A stretch of 49,393 nucleotides of DNA from Octopus bimaculoides. Its lineage: Eukaryota. Location: NCBI RefSeq assembly GCF_001194135.2, contig NC_068999.1, positions 43,256,822-43,306,214 on the forward strand, in the 5' to 3' direction. Numbering within the stretch: position 1 is the first letter of the stretch; every line of letters starts with the position of its first letter. This document shows positions 12,195 to 22,735 of the stretch, piece by piece. The notes under the pieces were generated by a model. That model was not told the DNA's origin and searched no databases. It saw nothing but the letters and a program-made list of their open reading frames with translations. The translations under genes and the position numbers were made by a program.

Positions 12195-13184
12195 ATGTGT
12201 ACGCGCGCACATTCACTGATACATAAAGTCATGCGCCTAGCAAGTACGGAACATTTAAAATGTCTAACTATAAAGACTGATTTTAAATTAAAACCACCTC
12301 CAAAGCAGCCTATGCCTAAACTTCTTAATAATGTTGAGGAAATTAAATCATAACATAATTGTGATTGCCACTAATTAATAAATAATAATGAGAAATAAAC
12401 ATTAGATGAATGTACCTGGTATTGTTTGTATCCGGGTATATAAATATTTTATTCGTTGCTGGCGACATAGTTTTTTTAATGCCATAGTAAAAATGCAAGA
12501 TGACCTTATGTATTCAATGTGTGTGTGTGTGTGTGTGTGTAAATTGAATATGTCCGCGCAATGTGCGCGTGCTGGACAGATTTTGTGAATCAAATCGATT
12601 CGATATTTTATTCGTTCTCTCATTCTTCTCTCTTTGTGTCTCCGTCTATCAGTCTCTGTGTCTATCACTCTTTCTTTTGCTCTCACTATTTCTGTCTTCG
12701 TCTCTTTTTTTTTTTCTCTGTCTCTCATTTTTTCTCTCTGTTTCTCTCTCTCTCCGTCTATCTGTCTACCCACTCCTCTCTCTCTTTCCCCCCACAGTCC
12801 GATCATAAGATCCTAAAGCTCCAGGCGTACTTCTCTTTCCTCAGATAACTTCGTAAATGGCTGCACACTTTTCGAGACAGTTATGCTTCACACAGACACC
12901 GAATCACACATCTGGGGGCGGTGGGCAGACAGCCATCGTCTTCCTTTCTTCTTACATTCGAATCTCGGACCTCTTATATAGAAAATATATCAGTTCTTCC
13001 TCTATAGTCACCTGTTCCACTAATTTGACTTCGCTAGTTTGAATTTTGTGATTCACTTTCACTTTCCTTGTAATTGCTGATTACGCAGAAATGAATCTGG
13101 AGCGCTAAGATCAAACACTGCCCACCAACTGACTGGTTTATATATAAATTTCAGACGTATATGACCTCGACAGATCTCCTACAT

Positions 13185-13334
13185 CAGATATGGGCAACCT
13201 TCCTAGAAAAACGGGCCGCATATGGTTCATTATCAGACGGGCTGCTCTATTAAAAAGGCTTTTTTAAATCCAAGGTAATTTTTCGTGGGCGGGTCTTTCA
13301 GAATATCCTGCAGGTCGTAGTTTGCCCGTGACTG
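13185..13334 (+). mobile_element. Old hAT-type (Charlie-like) MITE
   Basis: Imperfect TIRs CAGATATGGGCAACC and (reverse complement) CAGTCACGGGCAAAC; internal cgggccgcat motif; both 8-bp flanks have a central TA (tcctacat / ccttaggt). Homologous to 23698-23833. Confidence 0.55.
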
Positions 13335-13678
13335 CCTTAGGTTACCGCTTTAACTGCTAGAAATAACAGCCAATTTTTTCTTCCACCCGGTTACAGTAAG
13401 TAATGTAGTCCAGTATAGTCGATGGATGGAATGCCTATTCTCATGGGTATACTTGATCAGAGTAGGCGCAACATGTGGCCAAATTGTTAAAAGGTTTGCT
13501 TGGGCATATGTCATTTCTTATAGCCTCAGGTCAACCCATACTTGCGAGTGAAAGTGGGCAGACGGAACCTTTATGGTAACTCATCGGGTGAATTGTACCT
13601 TGTAAGTCGAAAGACACTGCCTTCTAATACACAATGTCTTGCTCAGTCTGTCTGAGGAATTACATTAAGGGTACACAC

Positions 13679-13836
13679 GTTGGCATTAGGAAGGGCATCC
13701 AGCTGTAGAAACTGTGCCAGATCAGATTGGAGCCTGTTGCAGTCGCTGGCTCTCCAGACCTCAGTCAAACCGTCCAACCCATGCCAACATGGAAAGCAGA
13801 CTTTAAGTGATGATGATGATGATGATGATGATGATG
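13679..13836 (+). mobile_element. SINE-C / RTE-type 3' end with (GAT)n tail
   Basis: gttggcattaggaagggcatccagctgtagaaac...ccaacccatgccaacatggaaagcagactttaagtgatgatgat; reverse-complement homologues at 16831, 39714 and 43027. Confidence 0.85.
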
Positions 13837-15709
13837 TTTCATTTATTATTACAGAAATATAAGCACATTATTGCCCATAAATTTTAACAGCAAAATTTTT
13901 ATATGGACACCCAAAGCTTCATATGGATCCTGGCTGAGTATCACTGGGATAATTACATAAGAGATAATTCGTTATAATTTCATTTTGCCTTGTACAAATT
14001 TCCCTGATAAGTTTTCCATTACTATCATTATCTATCTGAATTTCTGAAATTCCTTTTCAACCATGTTTGAAGTAGCTAAGTTTTTTTTATTTAATATTTC
14101 TCTGTTTTTTTTTTGTTTTTTTTTGTAATTTCTAGCCTAAGGAAATCCCATTGAATGCAATCAGCTACTACGACTACTACACACACACACACACACACAC
14201 ATGCACAGTGAACAATGTACATAAATATATGTCAAGCACCTCTTTATATACTTGATCTCTACAGTCTCTTACTGTTGTACTGGTCCAAGCAAGTACACAC
14301 ACACACACACACAAAGAGTATATACATATATCAAGAGAAGGTTGTCAGTTTGAAGTTTTTCCACCAATGTTGATTTTTCAATCTTTACAGTTTGAGGAAA
14401 CAGCTCTCGTGAAACTTCGATGTTACAATCAACCTGGGGCCTCTACGTTTAGTGTCTTATGCTTAATTAATGATTGGTGGGTTTTTTCCAGATTTAAGAA
14501 TCCTTACATACCCTGTCATCTGTCTATCGATCGATCCAACTATCTGTATCTTTTTGTCTATACCTATCTATCTGTCTATTTATATCTATGTTTATCAATC
14601 TGCTTATCTTTCTATATCCCGCTGTCTTTGGACATATATTTGTCTGTCTATGCATCTTTATATCTTTCTATATCTGTCTGTCTATCTATCTTTCTTTTGA
14701 TCAAGATTTAGTCAGATGGCTAAAATAGGTGCATTTCACCAAACTTTCCCTATCCACTCTCCACTCTCACCAACCACAACTAAAATCCACCAACCTCTTC
14801 AAGTGATATTCACAGAAGCTGACAAGCAGGGCTTGACCTGAGGGGGGAAAACAAAAATTGCTGCTTCTCATCTTGCAAGTTTCACTCACAGCCCCACCCC
14901 CATGCACAACTTCCTTCACCATTGCCACCAGACAGAAGAACACTACTTGCTCTTCTTTGAGAAAGAAGGTGATGCATCGATGGTTTGATCTTCGTTGACT
15001 CGGTAGATTGCTGGATCTGACCTCCATGTGAAAAGAGCTCAACTTAACCCAAGTCATCATCAGTGTGTATTGATATTGAACAACTATTTGCTCCAGAGTT
15101 TAGTAGGAAACTGTGTAACTCACTTCTTTTATTATATATCCCTCATGTTTGTTTAAGTCTTTTCATTGTCATCACTGGCCTCATCAGTGTTTTGCCCTCT
15201 TTACTCCAAGTCTATATCGGATGAAAAAGCTTTGACACACCAAACTGGTTAATTGACTGATGGAATGATCAATCAAACAGTCGATTAGGTGATTAATTTA
15301 ATAGTTAACCTATTGACAATTAAATAACAAAGAAGTGTAATAGCATCAGTGTGTGTGTGGGTGTTTTATTATTGGCATTATGACCCTCCCAAGATACAAC
15401 CAAATATGTTTCAACACATGAGTTCACATCAAATATCTTTCAAACCAAATACCAAAATGAAGTTATGCTTTGTTTTTTATCTTTTTTTTTCCTTCCACCT
15501 TCTTCAAATTCCACCCATCCACATGTTCGTGTCACCTTGTCAACCATGTAAAACAGCTATATGTTACTTTCACTTTTGTCACTTCCATTTTATGTTCACC
15601 CACAAGCACCTCACTATGATCATCGTGCTCACCACCACCACCATTATCATTGGCATGAAAGACGCACTTTTTTGTATAAGAATATTCTTTGAAAACTACC
15701 ATGCACAGG

Positions 15710-16245
15710 AACAGGCGTGGCTGTGAAGTAAAAAATTTGCTCCTCAGCCACATGGTTCTGGATTCAGTTCCACTCTGTGGAATTTTGGACAAGTGCTTTG
15801 TTCTGTCACCTTGGGCTGATCAAAACCTTATGAGTGGGTTTGGTGAACGAAAACCCTGTCATATATATATGTATGTGTGTGTGTGTTTGAGTCTGTGTTT
15901 GTCCACCATCACCCCTTGACAACCAGTGCTGGTGGTATGTTTACATACCCTAGCTTAGCGGTTTGGCAAAAAGAGACTGATAGAACAAGTATCAGACTTT
16001 AGAAAAAAAATATGAATACTGGAGTCAATCTGGAGTAGAGATTATTTCCCACCATAACATGGCAGTCTTGGTTTAGGACTGCCATGTTATGTTGGCAAAC
16101 AATCTTTACTCCAAAGAATATATGCTGAATATCTCTCGTTGTGAGATTTGCAAATAGGAATTTTCTTCGGTCTATTTGTTTCACTAAAAATTCTTGAAAG
16201 TGGTGCCCCAGCATGGCCGCAGTCTAATGACTGAAACAAGTGAAA
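15710..16245 (+). mobile_element. SINE-A, near full length, diverged, interrupted by an insertion at about 16031-16170
   Basis: Head ggcgtggctgtgaagtaa...ggattcagttcc, CORE-like ttggacaagtg, internal (TA/TG)n, tail ccagcatggccgcagtctaatgactgaaacaagtgaaag. Confidence 0.8.
16031..16113. mobile_element. 83-bp internally deleted derivative of the long-TIR element at 38871-39334
   Basis: Right arm 16076-16113 is identical to 39294-39331; the left 45 nt match the TIR consensus with 5 mismatches; forms a hairpin. Confidence 0.85.
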
Positions 16246-16438
16246 GTTAGAAGATGGTATCTCCTATGATTCTTGGAATGACTCTTTGAATTCCCTAGAA
16301 TTACTTTTCCAAAATCAAGATGCGTCTTTCATTATGCTGTGCCTACAATGTCGCAAAATATGGTAAGATTTGTTTTCGTTTTCTCTACCTGCCAATATCC
16401 AGGTGTTACAGTTCTTAATATATACTTTTCTGCTCTAG

Positions 16439-16709
16439 GCACAAGGCCTGAAATTCTTGGGGAAGGGGCCAGTCAATTAGATCGACCCCAGTATGCAACA
16501 GGTACTTAATTTATCGACCCTGAAAGGATGAATGGCAAAGTCCACCTCAGTGGAATTTGAACTTCTTTCAATTTCTATGTACAAAATCCAGTCACAAGGT
16601 TTTGGTTGGCCTGGGGCTACAGTAGAAGATATTTGCATAAGATGCCACACAGTAGGACTGAACTGGAAATCCTGTGATTTGAAAGCAAACTTAACCACAC
16701 AGCCATGCC
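16439..16709 (-). mobile_element. Composite SINE: SINE-A head (16563-16709) fused to SINE-B body (16439-16562)
   Basis: On the minus strand, the A head ending ...gaaagaag runs directly into ttcaaattccactgagg... of B. Confidence 0.7.
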
Positions 16710-16830
16710 AGCATTTAAGTGAGGAGAATATACAATTGATTCTGGAAATGGTGTGTGAAAGTACCCTTTCTTACATGGGGTACTATTGGAAGTGTGGATA
16801 TATGGGTATGCTGATGTACTGTTGGAAAAG

Positions 16831-17135
16831 TCATCATCATCATCGTTTAAAGTCCGCTTTCTATGCTGGCATGGGTTGGACGGTTTGACTGAGGTCTGGA
16901 GAGCCAGTGGCTGCACCAGGCTCCAATCTGATCTGGCAGTGTTTCTACAGCTGGATGCCCTTCCTAATGCCAGCCACTCTGAGAGTGTTGTGGATGCTTT
17001 TTACATGCCACCAGCACAAGAGCCATTCAGGCCAGCGCCTTTTACATGCTACCAGCACGGGACCCAGTCAGGAGGCACTGGCATCGGCCTTGTTTGGATG
17101 GTGCTTTTTATGTGCCACCGGCATGGGAGCCATTC
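16831..17135 (-). mobile_element. SINE-C copy
   Basis: (CAT)n cgtttaaagtccgcttt...ctggatgcccttcctaatgccagccac plus internal gcca/gcac-rich subrepeats. Confidence 0.85.
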
Positions 17136-17214
17136 AAGCAAGCGTGGCATGGACATTAAAATGATGATGAGAGTGATGATGATTAATGGGTGGACTATGA
17201 TGATTATGTATGTA

Positions 17215-17372
17215 TATGACGGGATTCTTTCAGTTTCCGTCTACCAAATCCACTGACAAGTCTTTAATTGGCCCGAGGCTTTAGTAGAAGACACTTGTCC
17301 AAGGTGCCATTCTGAACCCAAAAGCATGTGGCTGGAATGCAAGCTTCTTACCACACAGCCACACCTGGCGCC
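17215..17372 (-). mobile_element. SINE-A head fragment
   Basis: ttctttcagtttccgtctaccaaatccac...agaagacacttgtccaaggtgcca...cttaccacacagcc. Confidence 0.85.
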
Positions 17373-17538
17373 TATAAAAGTTTGTATTTGTAAATTGTTA
17401 TAAAACAATATGTTTACATACAGGTAATGTATGTATAAAATTAGTAAGTTCAATGACCTTTGAATGATGTAATTATGTGTGAAGAATTACTGATTGCAGG
17501 TGTTTTAAAATCACTGACACAAAATCACTGTGAAACAT

Positions 17539-17544
<6 letters not shown>

Positions 17545-17580
<36 letters not shown>

Positions 17581-17686
17581 ACAGAATACCACAGCATATG
17601 TGTGTGTGTGTGTGTATGTGTGTATATATGTATATATATATACATATATTTATAAATTTATGTATGCATATAACAAAATACCATAG

Positions 17687-17731
<45 letters not shown>

Positions 17732-17945
17732 GTGTATGTATATAACAAAATGCCATTGCAGGTGTGTGTGTGTGTGTGTGTGCATATATATGTGTATGTA
17801 TATAAAAAAAATACCATAGTGTGTGTGTGTGTGTATATATGTATATATGAGAGAGAGAGAGAGAGGGGAGAGAGATATTCACACACACCAAAATACCATA
17901 AACTTTTGTGTGTGTGTGTGTGTGTGTCTCTGTCTGTCTGTCTGT
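17545..17945. repeat. Composite minisatellite: about 20-nt core (ataacaaaataccatagca) separated by (TG)n(TA)n, about 5 units
   Basis: Core variants at about 17578, 17670, 17742, 17802 and 17888. Confidence 0.8.
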
Positions 17946-18062
17946 GTGTGTAATACAATACGATAAGCTTCCGTCTGTGTTGCTAATCCACTGAGCTGAA
18001 CTGTAACATAAGTTAATCAACCCCATCCCAACCCCACCACACAAAAAAAATAGAAATATGAC

Positions 18063-18154
18063 ATGGTTATTTTACTAAAATTCTTCATTATTTTAGAAAT
18101 TAATTAAAACAAAGAAAGTATGTTTGAGAAGAAATATGATAACTAAAGGGTTAA
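18063..18154 (-). mobile_element. Possible piggyBac-type MITE end (TTAA-CCCTTT terminus)
   Basis: Ends in aaagggttaa at 18145-18154; AT-rich interior; no partner TIR identified. Confidence 0.35.
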
Positions 18155-18223
18155 TTAGTTGCCTAGTTTAATGCTACCACCTCATACCTTGGTATCTTTT
18201 GAAGAATTCAATCTCTCTCAGGT

Positions 18224-18337
18224 ATTTGGGCCAGATCTTAAGTTTTCTGTAAGCATTTGAGCCAGATCTTTGATCTATTATAAGCATTTGGGCCAGAGAT
18301 CTTCAGTCTATTGCAAGATTTGGGGCTAGACCTTCAG
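18224..18337. repeat. About 31-bp minisatellite, about 3.7 copies
   Basis: atttgggccagatcttaagttttctgtaagc / atttgagccagatctttgatctattataagc / atttgggccagagatcttcagtctattgcaag / atttggggctagaccttcagg. Confidence 0.8.
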
Positions 18338-18454
18338 GTTAAGGATCACTTCCTCACTTCCCACCCTCATCTCATTTCTACCAGTCTCGAAAATCCCTAA
18401 AAGATTTACAGATGTTGACTTTCCTTCCCTGTAAAAAGTACTACAAAAATGAAG

Positions 18455-19010
18455 TTGGGAAAAACAGTAACAGCAATGATTTTAAAAGACTGAGTCACTT
18501 AATGTAAGAAAATGTATCAGAGTTAGTGTTGTTTCTTCAGGGACCAAGCTGACTTGACTGATCTGTGATGCAAGACAGCTTCAGGAGAAATTCAAAGAAC
18601 AGCATTAAGACTGGTTCATTCATAGTGTTTGAGAATCTGTCAAAGACATCTAACACTGTAAAAAGAGAACTTCTGAGAGATGTTCCCAGAAAGGGTTGTT
18701 GAAGGAGGATAATCACAAACTCGAGTTTGTGATTATCCTCCTTCATTTTCATACTGGGACGACGGTACTAATTATGATAGAATAGAAAAGTGAACCCTTC
18801 AGTGTAAAAATGAGATTTAGGGAAGGCTACATGCAGGCTTCTGTACTGTTTGGTAACTTCTTCATTTGTATGACCAAACGGTTATGAAAAAAATGAATGT
18901 AAAAGCTGGTAGGATTTGCTGTTAAATTTTAACACAATGGAGACCAATTCAGCTTCAGAATCTTGGCAGGTCATCATCAGGCTCAGATCTGAATTATAGA
19001 TCATTGAACT
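18455..19010 (+). mobile_element. Degenerate RTE-clade non-LTR retrotransposon reverse-transcriptase relic (lineage 1, BovB-like motifs)
   Basis: Manual translation across frameshifts: ARQLQEKFKEQH* / IVFENLSKTSNTVKRELL / EFVIILLHFHTG / KSEPFSVKMRFREGYMQASVLFGNFFICM / GFAVKF*HNGDQFSFRIL. These follow the RTE RT motif order RQLQEKCREQ, AFIDLSKAFDTVNRE, FHDGM, SEPF.V..GVRQGCVLAP.LFN.FF, RFRTDGKLFNLRRL. Confidence 0.75.
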
Positions 19011-19360
19011 ATTTATTATAGATCATTAGACTATAATATATTGATTAATGATGGTATCCTGGTAGCTCATAAGTAGCTCATACGCTAGAAATAACAAGAG
19101 CTGTCATTTCAACAGCTGTTAAAGCTTATAAAAAGACTAGACTTGACTGTTAACATCCAGGAAATTGTACGCTACACAGTCCTTCTCTTTCCTCCCTACC
19201 TTTGCAGTGAAACTAGCAACACCTTATCACTCTTCTTGTTCACATATCATGGTTAGCCTTAACCCATATAGGCCCATAAAAAAAATTTCACTGTGTTTAG
19301 ATTAAACATTACGGTAAGCTTTCGCAATCTGAATGGGTTGGACAATATTCAACTGTTAGC

Positions 19361-19785
19361 TACGGGTGTCGAATAAGTATTGAACATTTCATATGCTCAA
19401 TCAGATGTTTCCCAGTGAATTCATATTCAAACAAGTAGGAGCAGGTTTTACGTTGCGAAAATGCAACCAGGTGTATAAATGGATTAATTCCAATGACTGC
19501 TTACTAGACAAGGTGTAATCCTAAAAACTGTTCCGGACAAGCTTCTGTATTGTTTCGGAAGGCTCAGAAAGAGCATTTTTAAGTAATCACCCGCCCCTAG
19601 CTCCTTTTTCCTGGACAATCTGTGTTTCCACTCTTCTGAATGGTTGGTTGTAAAACATGGACCATATGCAGGTAACTCGTTAAGTCCACCAGAGTCCTTT
19701 AACATTTTGTGTTTCCAGAAGATCTCTTCACTCACCTGGATGTCATTATATTCAATGGTCAAACACAAACAGTCAGAAGTAAGCA
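19361..19785 (+). mobile_element. Probable Tc1-like DNA transposon 5' relic
   Basis: TA followed by CGGGTGTCGAATAAGTATTGAACA (Tc1-like TIR), then caggtgtataaa, an ATG at 19657, and frameshifted LVKSTR / FQKISS / THLDVIIFNGQT..VR resembling the Tc1 transposase N-terminus (ELSK..R / YKKISK.LDVP.STVG.IIRK). Confidence 0.4.
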
Positions 19786-19809
19786 CACACACACACACAC
19801 ACACATGCA

Positions 19810-20195
19810 TGGTATGGGTGTGTCGCTAAGAAGCTTGCTTCCCAGCCATGTCATTTTGGGTTCAATCCTACTGCACAGCACCATGGGCCAGTGTCTTCTA
19901 CTTCAACTCCAGGTTAACCAAAGTAAATAAAGTTATGTTCTCGGGTCATATCAACTCATAAGGCCAGTTTCCTTGGTTTCATGACGTATAAATTCTCCCC
20001 TTGGATGGGATGCCTGTCCATCTCACGTTTACTCCTTTTTGCTTGCTGAGTGGACAGGAGCAATGTGAAATGAAGTGTTTTGCTCAAGAACACAATGCAT
20101 TGCCTGGTCCAGGAATCGAAACCACAACCTTACGGTCATGATTCCCACACCCTAACCAAAACCTTGTGAGTGGATCTGGTTGATGGAAAAAGAAA
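19810..20195 (+). mobile_element. Old SINE-A head split by a SINE-F insertion
   Basis: Head 19810-19922 ends in taaccaaa; the continuation accttgtgagtggatctgg resumes at 20161 after a second taaccaaa. Confidence 0.65.
19923..20152 (-). mobile_element. SINE-F (tRNA-derived, V-SINE-like)
   Basis: Reverse complement: ggttagggtgtgg...gtggtttcgattcctggacc (B box) ...gtgttcttgagcaaaacacttcatttcacattgctcc...gatggacaggcatcccatccaagggg. A second copy lies at 43625. Confidence 0.7.
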
Positions 20196-20204
20196 AAAAT
20201 GGTA

Positions 20205-20594
20205 TATTCTTACTCTTTTACTTGTTTCAGTCAGTTGACTGTGGCCATGCTGGAGCACCACCTTTTAACCAAGCAAATCAATCCCCAAGACTTATTTTTT
20301 GTAAGCCTAGTATTTATTCTATCAGTCTACTTTTGCCGAACCGCTAAGTTACAGGGACATAAACACGCCAGCATTGTATGTCAAGCGATGTTGGTGGGGA
20401 CAAACACAGACACACATATATATACACACGACAGGCTTCTTTCAGCTTCCATCTACCAAATCCACTCACAAGGCTTTGGTCGGCCTGAGGCAATAGTAGA
20501 AGACACTTGCCAAAGGTGCCACGTAGTGGGTCTGAACCCGGAACCTCATGTGGTTGGTAAGCAAGCTACTTACCACATAGCCATGCCTGCACCT
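20205..20594 (-). mobile_element. SINE-A, full length
   Basis: Complete reverse-complement match to the copy at 22331, from the tail tactcttttacttgtttcagtc to the head ccatgcctgcacct. Confidence 0.9.
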
Positions 20595-20676
20595 ATCATC
20601 ATCATCATCACCATCATCATCATCATCGTTTAAGGTCCGCTTTCCATGCTAGCATGGGTTGGACGATTTGACTGAG
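20595..20676 (-). mobile_element. SINE-C 3' tail entering a gap
   Basis: (CAT)n cgtttaaggtccgctttccatgctagcatgggttggacgatttgactgag. Confidence 0.85.
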
Positions 20677-21082
20677 NNNNNNNNNNNNNNNNNNNNNNNN
20701 NNNNNNNNNNNNNNNNNNNNNNNNNNNNNNNNNNNNNNNNNNNNNNNNNNNNNNNNNNNNNNNNNNNNNNNNNNNNNNNNNNNNNNNNNNNNNNNNNNNN
20801 NNNNNNNNNNNNNNNNNNNNNNNNNNNNNNNNNNNNNNNNNNNNNNNNNNNNNNNNNNNNNACATATATAATTAGAATTATTTACACCCATTAAATGTAC
20901 GTTTTTAAATATGCAAATGTAAAAGTTTTCTATATATATTATTACATATTTAATATACATTTATGTATTTGTAAATATATAATTATATTTATAAAATATA
21001 TTTAATATACATTTATATATCTGTATATAAATGATAACTCTCTCTCTCTGTGCCTCATACACATAAACGTGCATATGCTCTT

Positions 21083-21135
<53 letters not shown>

Positions 21136-21978
21136 TCTGAAGACATATATGCTTATGGAGCCGCATGTACCCTCACCTACATTCACTGTCACACCAGACT
21201 TACAGACGTGAAAAAATCAATAACCAATATCTTTAAACTATAGAACTATGATATACTGCTGTAGTTTCACACACACACACACACACGTACACACTCACAA
21301 TCTATTTTCACTTGTTAGAGACCATAGAAACTCATCCACCGAACCTGTTACCAATGAAGGGAATCGACCTCGAGACGGTACCTAGATCCGCTAGAAATAA
21401 CGGTCAAATTCTTTCTTCTTTTTTTTTCCTAATCTTATAGTCAAGGAGGAAGGTGNNNNNNNNNNNNNNNNNNNNNNNNNNNNNNNNNNNNNNNNNNNNN
21501 NNNNNNNNNNNNNNNNNNNNNNNNNNNNNNNNNNNNNNNNNNNNNNNNNNNNNNNNNNNNNNNNNNNNNNNNNNNNNNNNNNNNNNNNNNNNNNNNNNNN
21601 NNNNNNNNNNNNNNNNNNNNNNNNNNNNNNNNNNNNNNNNNNNNNNNNNNNNNNNNNNNNNNNNNNNNNNNNNNNNNNNNNNNNNNNNNNNNNNNNNNNN
21701 NNNNNNNNNNNNNNNNNNNNNNNNNNNNNNNNNNNNNNNNNNNNNNNNNNNNNNNNNNNNNNNNNNNNNNNNNNNNNNCTTTATTTTGAAAAAAAAGACA
21801 AACGTCTTAGATAAGGGAGGCTTGGGTTTATAATATCTGAGAGTAATGACTCCGGGTTCGCATAACTGAAGTGCTTTCGATCGCAAGTATATCTTCAGTG
21901 TAGGTTGACCTGTGGTTAAACAACAACAACAACAACTTTAAATCTCTGGATATTATCAGGATATCTAAAGTCTAAGTT

Positions 21979-22215
21979 GGTGAGGTGCCAGAATCGTTAG
22001 CAGCCCGGACAAAATGCTTAACAGCATTTCGTCCGTCTTTACGTTCTGAGTTCAAATTCCGCCGAGGTCGACTTTGCCTTTCATCCTTTCGGGATCGATG
22101 GAATAAATTCTAGATGAGCATTGGGAGGGAGATGGAGTGGGGGGTTGATGTAATCGTCTTACCCTCTTCCCCTATTCCCAGAAACTGCTGGCCTTGTGCC
22201 AAAATTCGAAACCAA
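21979..22215 (+). mobile_element. SINE-B, near full length
   Basis: cagaatcgttagca...aaatgcttaacagcatttcg...gagttcaaattccgccgaggtcgactttgcctttcatcctttcgggatcgat...ctggccttgtgccaaaattcgaaacc. Confidence 0.85.
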
Positions 22216-22330
22216 TATTATCCGTAAGGAAAATACCATCAGGTTGTGTGTATGCGTGTGGTGAGGGGGTCTGGAAACTAAATACAAATACATTAAGGTC
22301 TTGTAATATTTATGTATTTACTAATATGTA

Positions 22331-22735
22331 CGCAGGAGTGGCTGTGTGGTAAGTAGCTTGCTTACCAACCACATGGTTCCGGGTTCAGTCCCACTGCGTG
22401 GCAACTTGGGCAAGTGTCTTCTTCTACTATAGCCTCGGGCCGACCAAAGCCATGTGAGTGGATTTGGTAGATGGAAACTGGAAGAAGCCCGTCGTATATA
22501 TGTAATATATATATATGTATGTATATGTATGTGTTTGTGTGTCTGTGTTTGTTCCTCCCCCCCACCATTGCTTGACAACCGGTGGTGGTGTGTTTACGTC
22601 CCCCGTAACCTTAGCGTTTCAGCAAAAAGAGGCCGATGGAATAAGTACTAGGCTTCCAAAGAATAAGTCATGGGGATTGATTTGATTCGACTATAAAGGC
22701 GGTGCTCCAGCATGGCCACAGTAGTAAAAAGAGTA
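22331..22735 (+). mobile_element. SINE-A, full length (tRNA-derived head with Pol III A and B boxes, CORE-like domain)
   Basis: A-box-like tggctgtgtgg at 22339-22349, B-box-like ggttcagtccc at 22382-22392, CORE-like cttgggcaagtgtctt, internal (TA/TG)n, tail ccagcatggcc...gtaaaaagagta. More than 10 homologues in the window. It may correspond to one of the described octopus tRNA-derived SINEs (OK/OR1/OR2), but I cannot assign which. Confidence 0.9.

Noticed and set aside
12215-12353. Protein-looking open stretch (IHKVMRLASTEHLKCLTIKTDFKLKPPPKQPMPKLLNNVEEIKS)
   Set aside because: No credible start or splice acceptor and no recognisable homology; the length is within chance expectation.
16786-17256. 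ORFs with DALPNANH / YQIHSQGFGRPEAIVE peptides recurring across the window
   Set aside because: These are translations of SINE-C and SINE-A, not a gene family.
17545-18337. Repeat-spacer-like arrays as possible CRISPR
   Set aside because: Eukaryotic context, spacers are microsatellite or absent, repeats are degenerate, and there are no cas genes.
18537-18752. Minus-strand 71-aa ORF
   Set aside because: Antisense to the RTE RT relic.
19719-19778. 60-nt segment with good acceptor (tttccAG) and donor (GTAAGC) sites, open in all frames
   Set aside because: Better explained as part of the probable Tc1 transposase relic, and the peptides match no host protein I recognise. Exonisation cannot be excluded without RNA-seq.
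22331-22400. tRNA-like A and B boxes in SINE-A, SINE-B and SINE-F heads
   Set aside because: No complete cloverleaf or acceptor stem; they continue into SINE bodies, so they are not tRNA genes.
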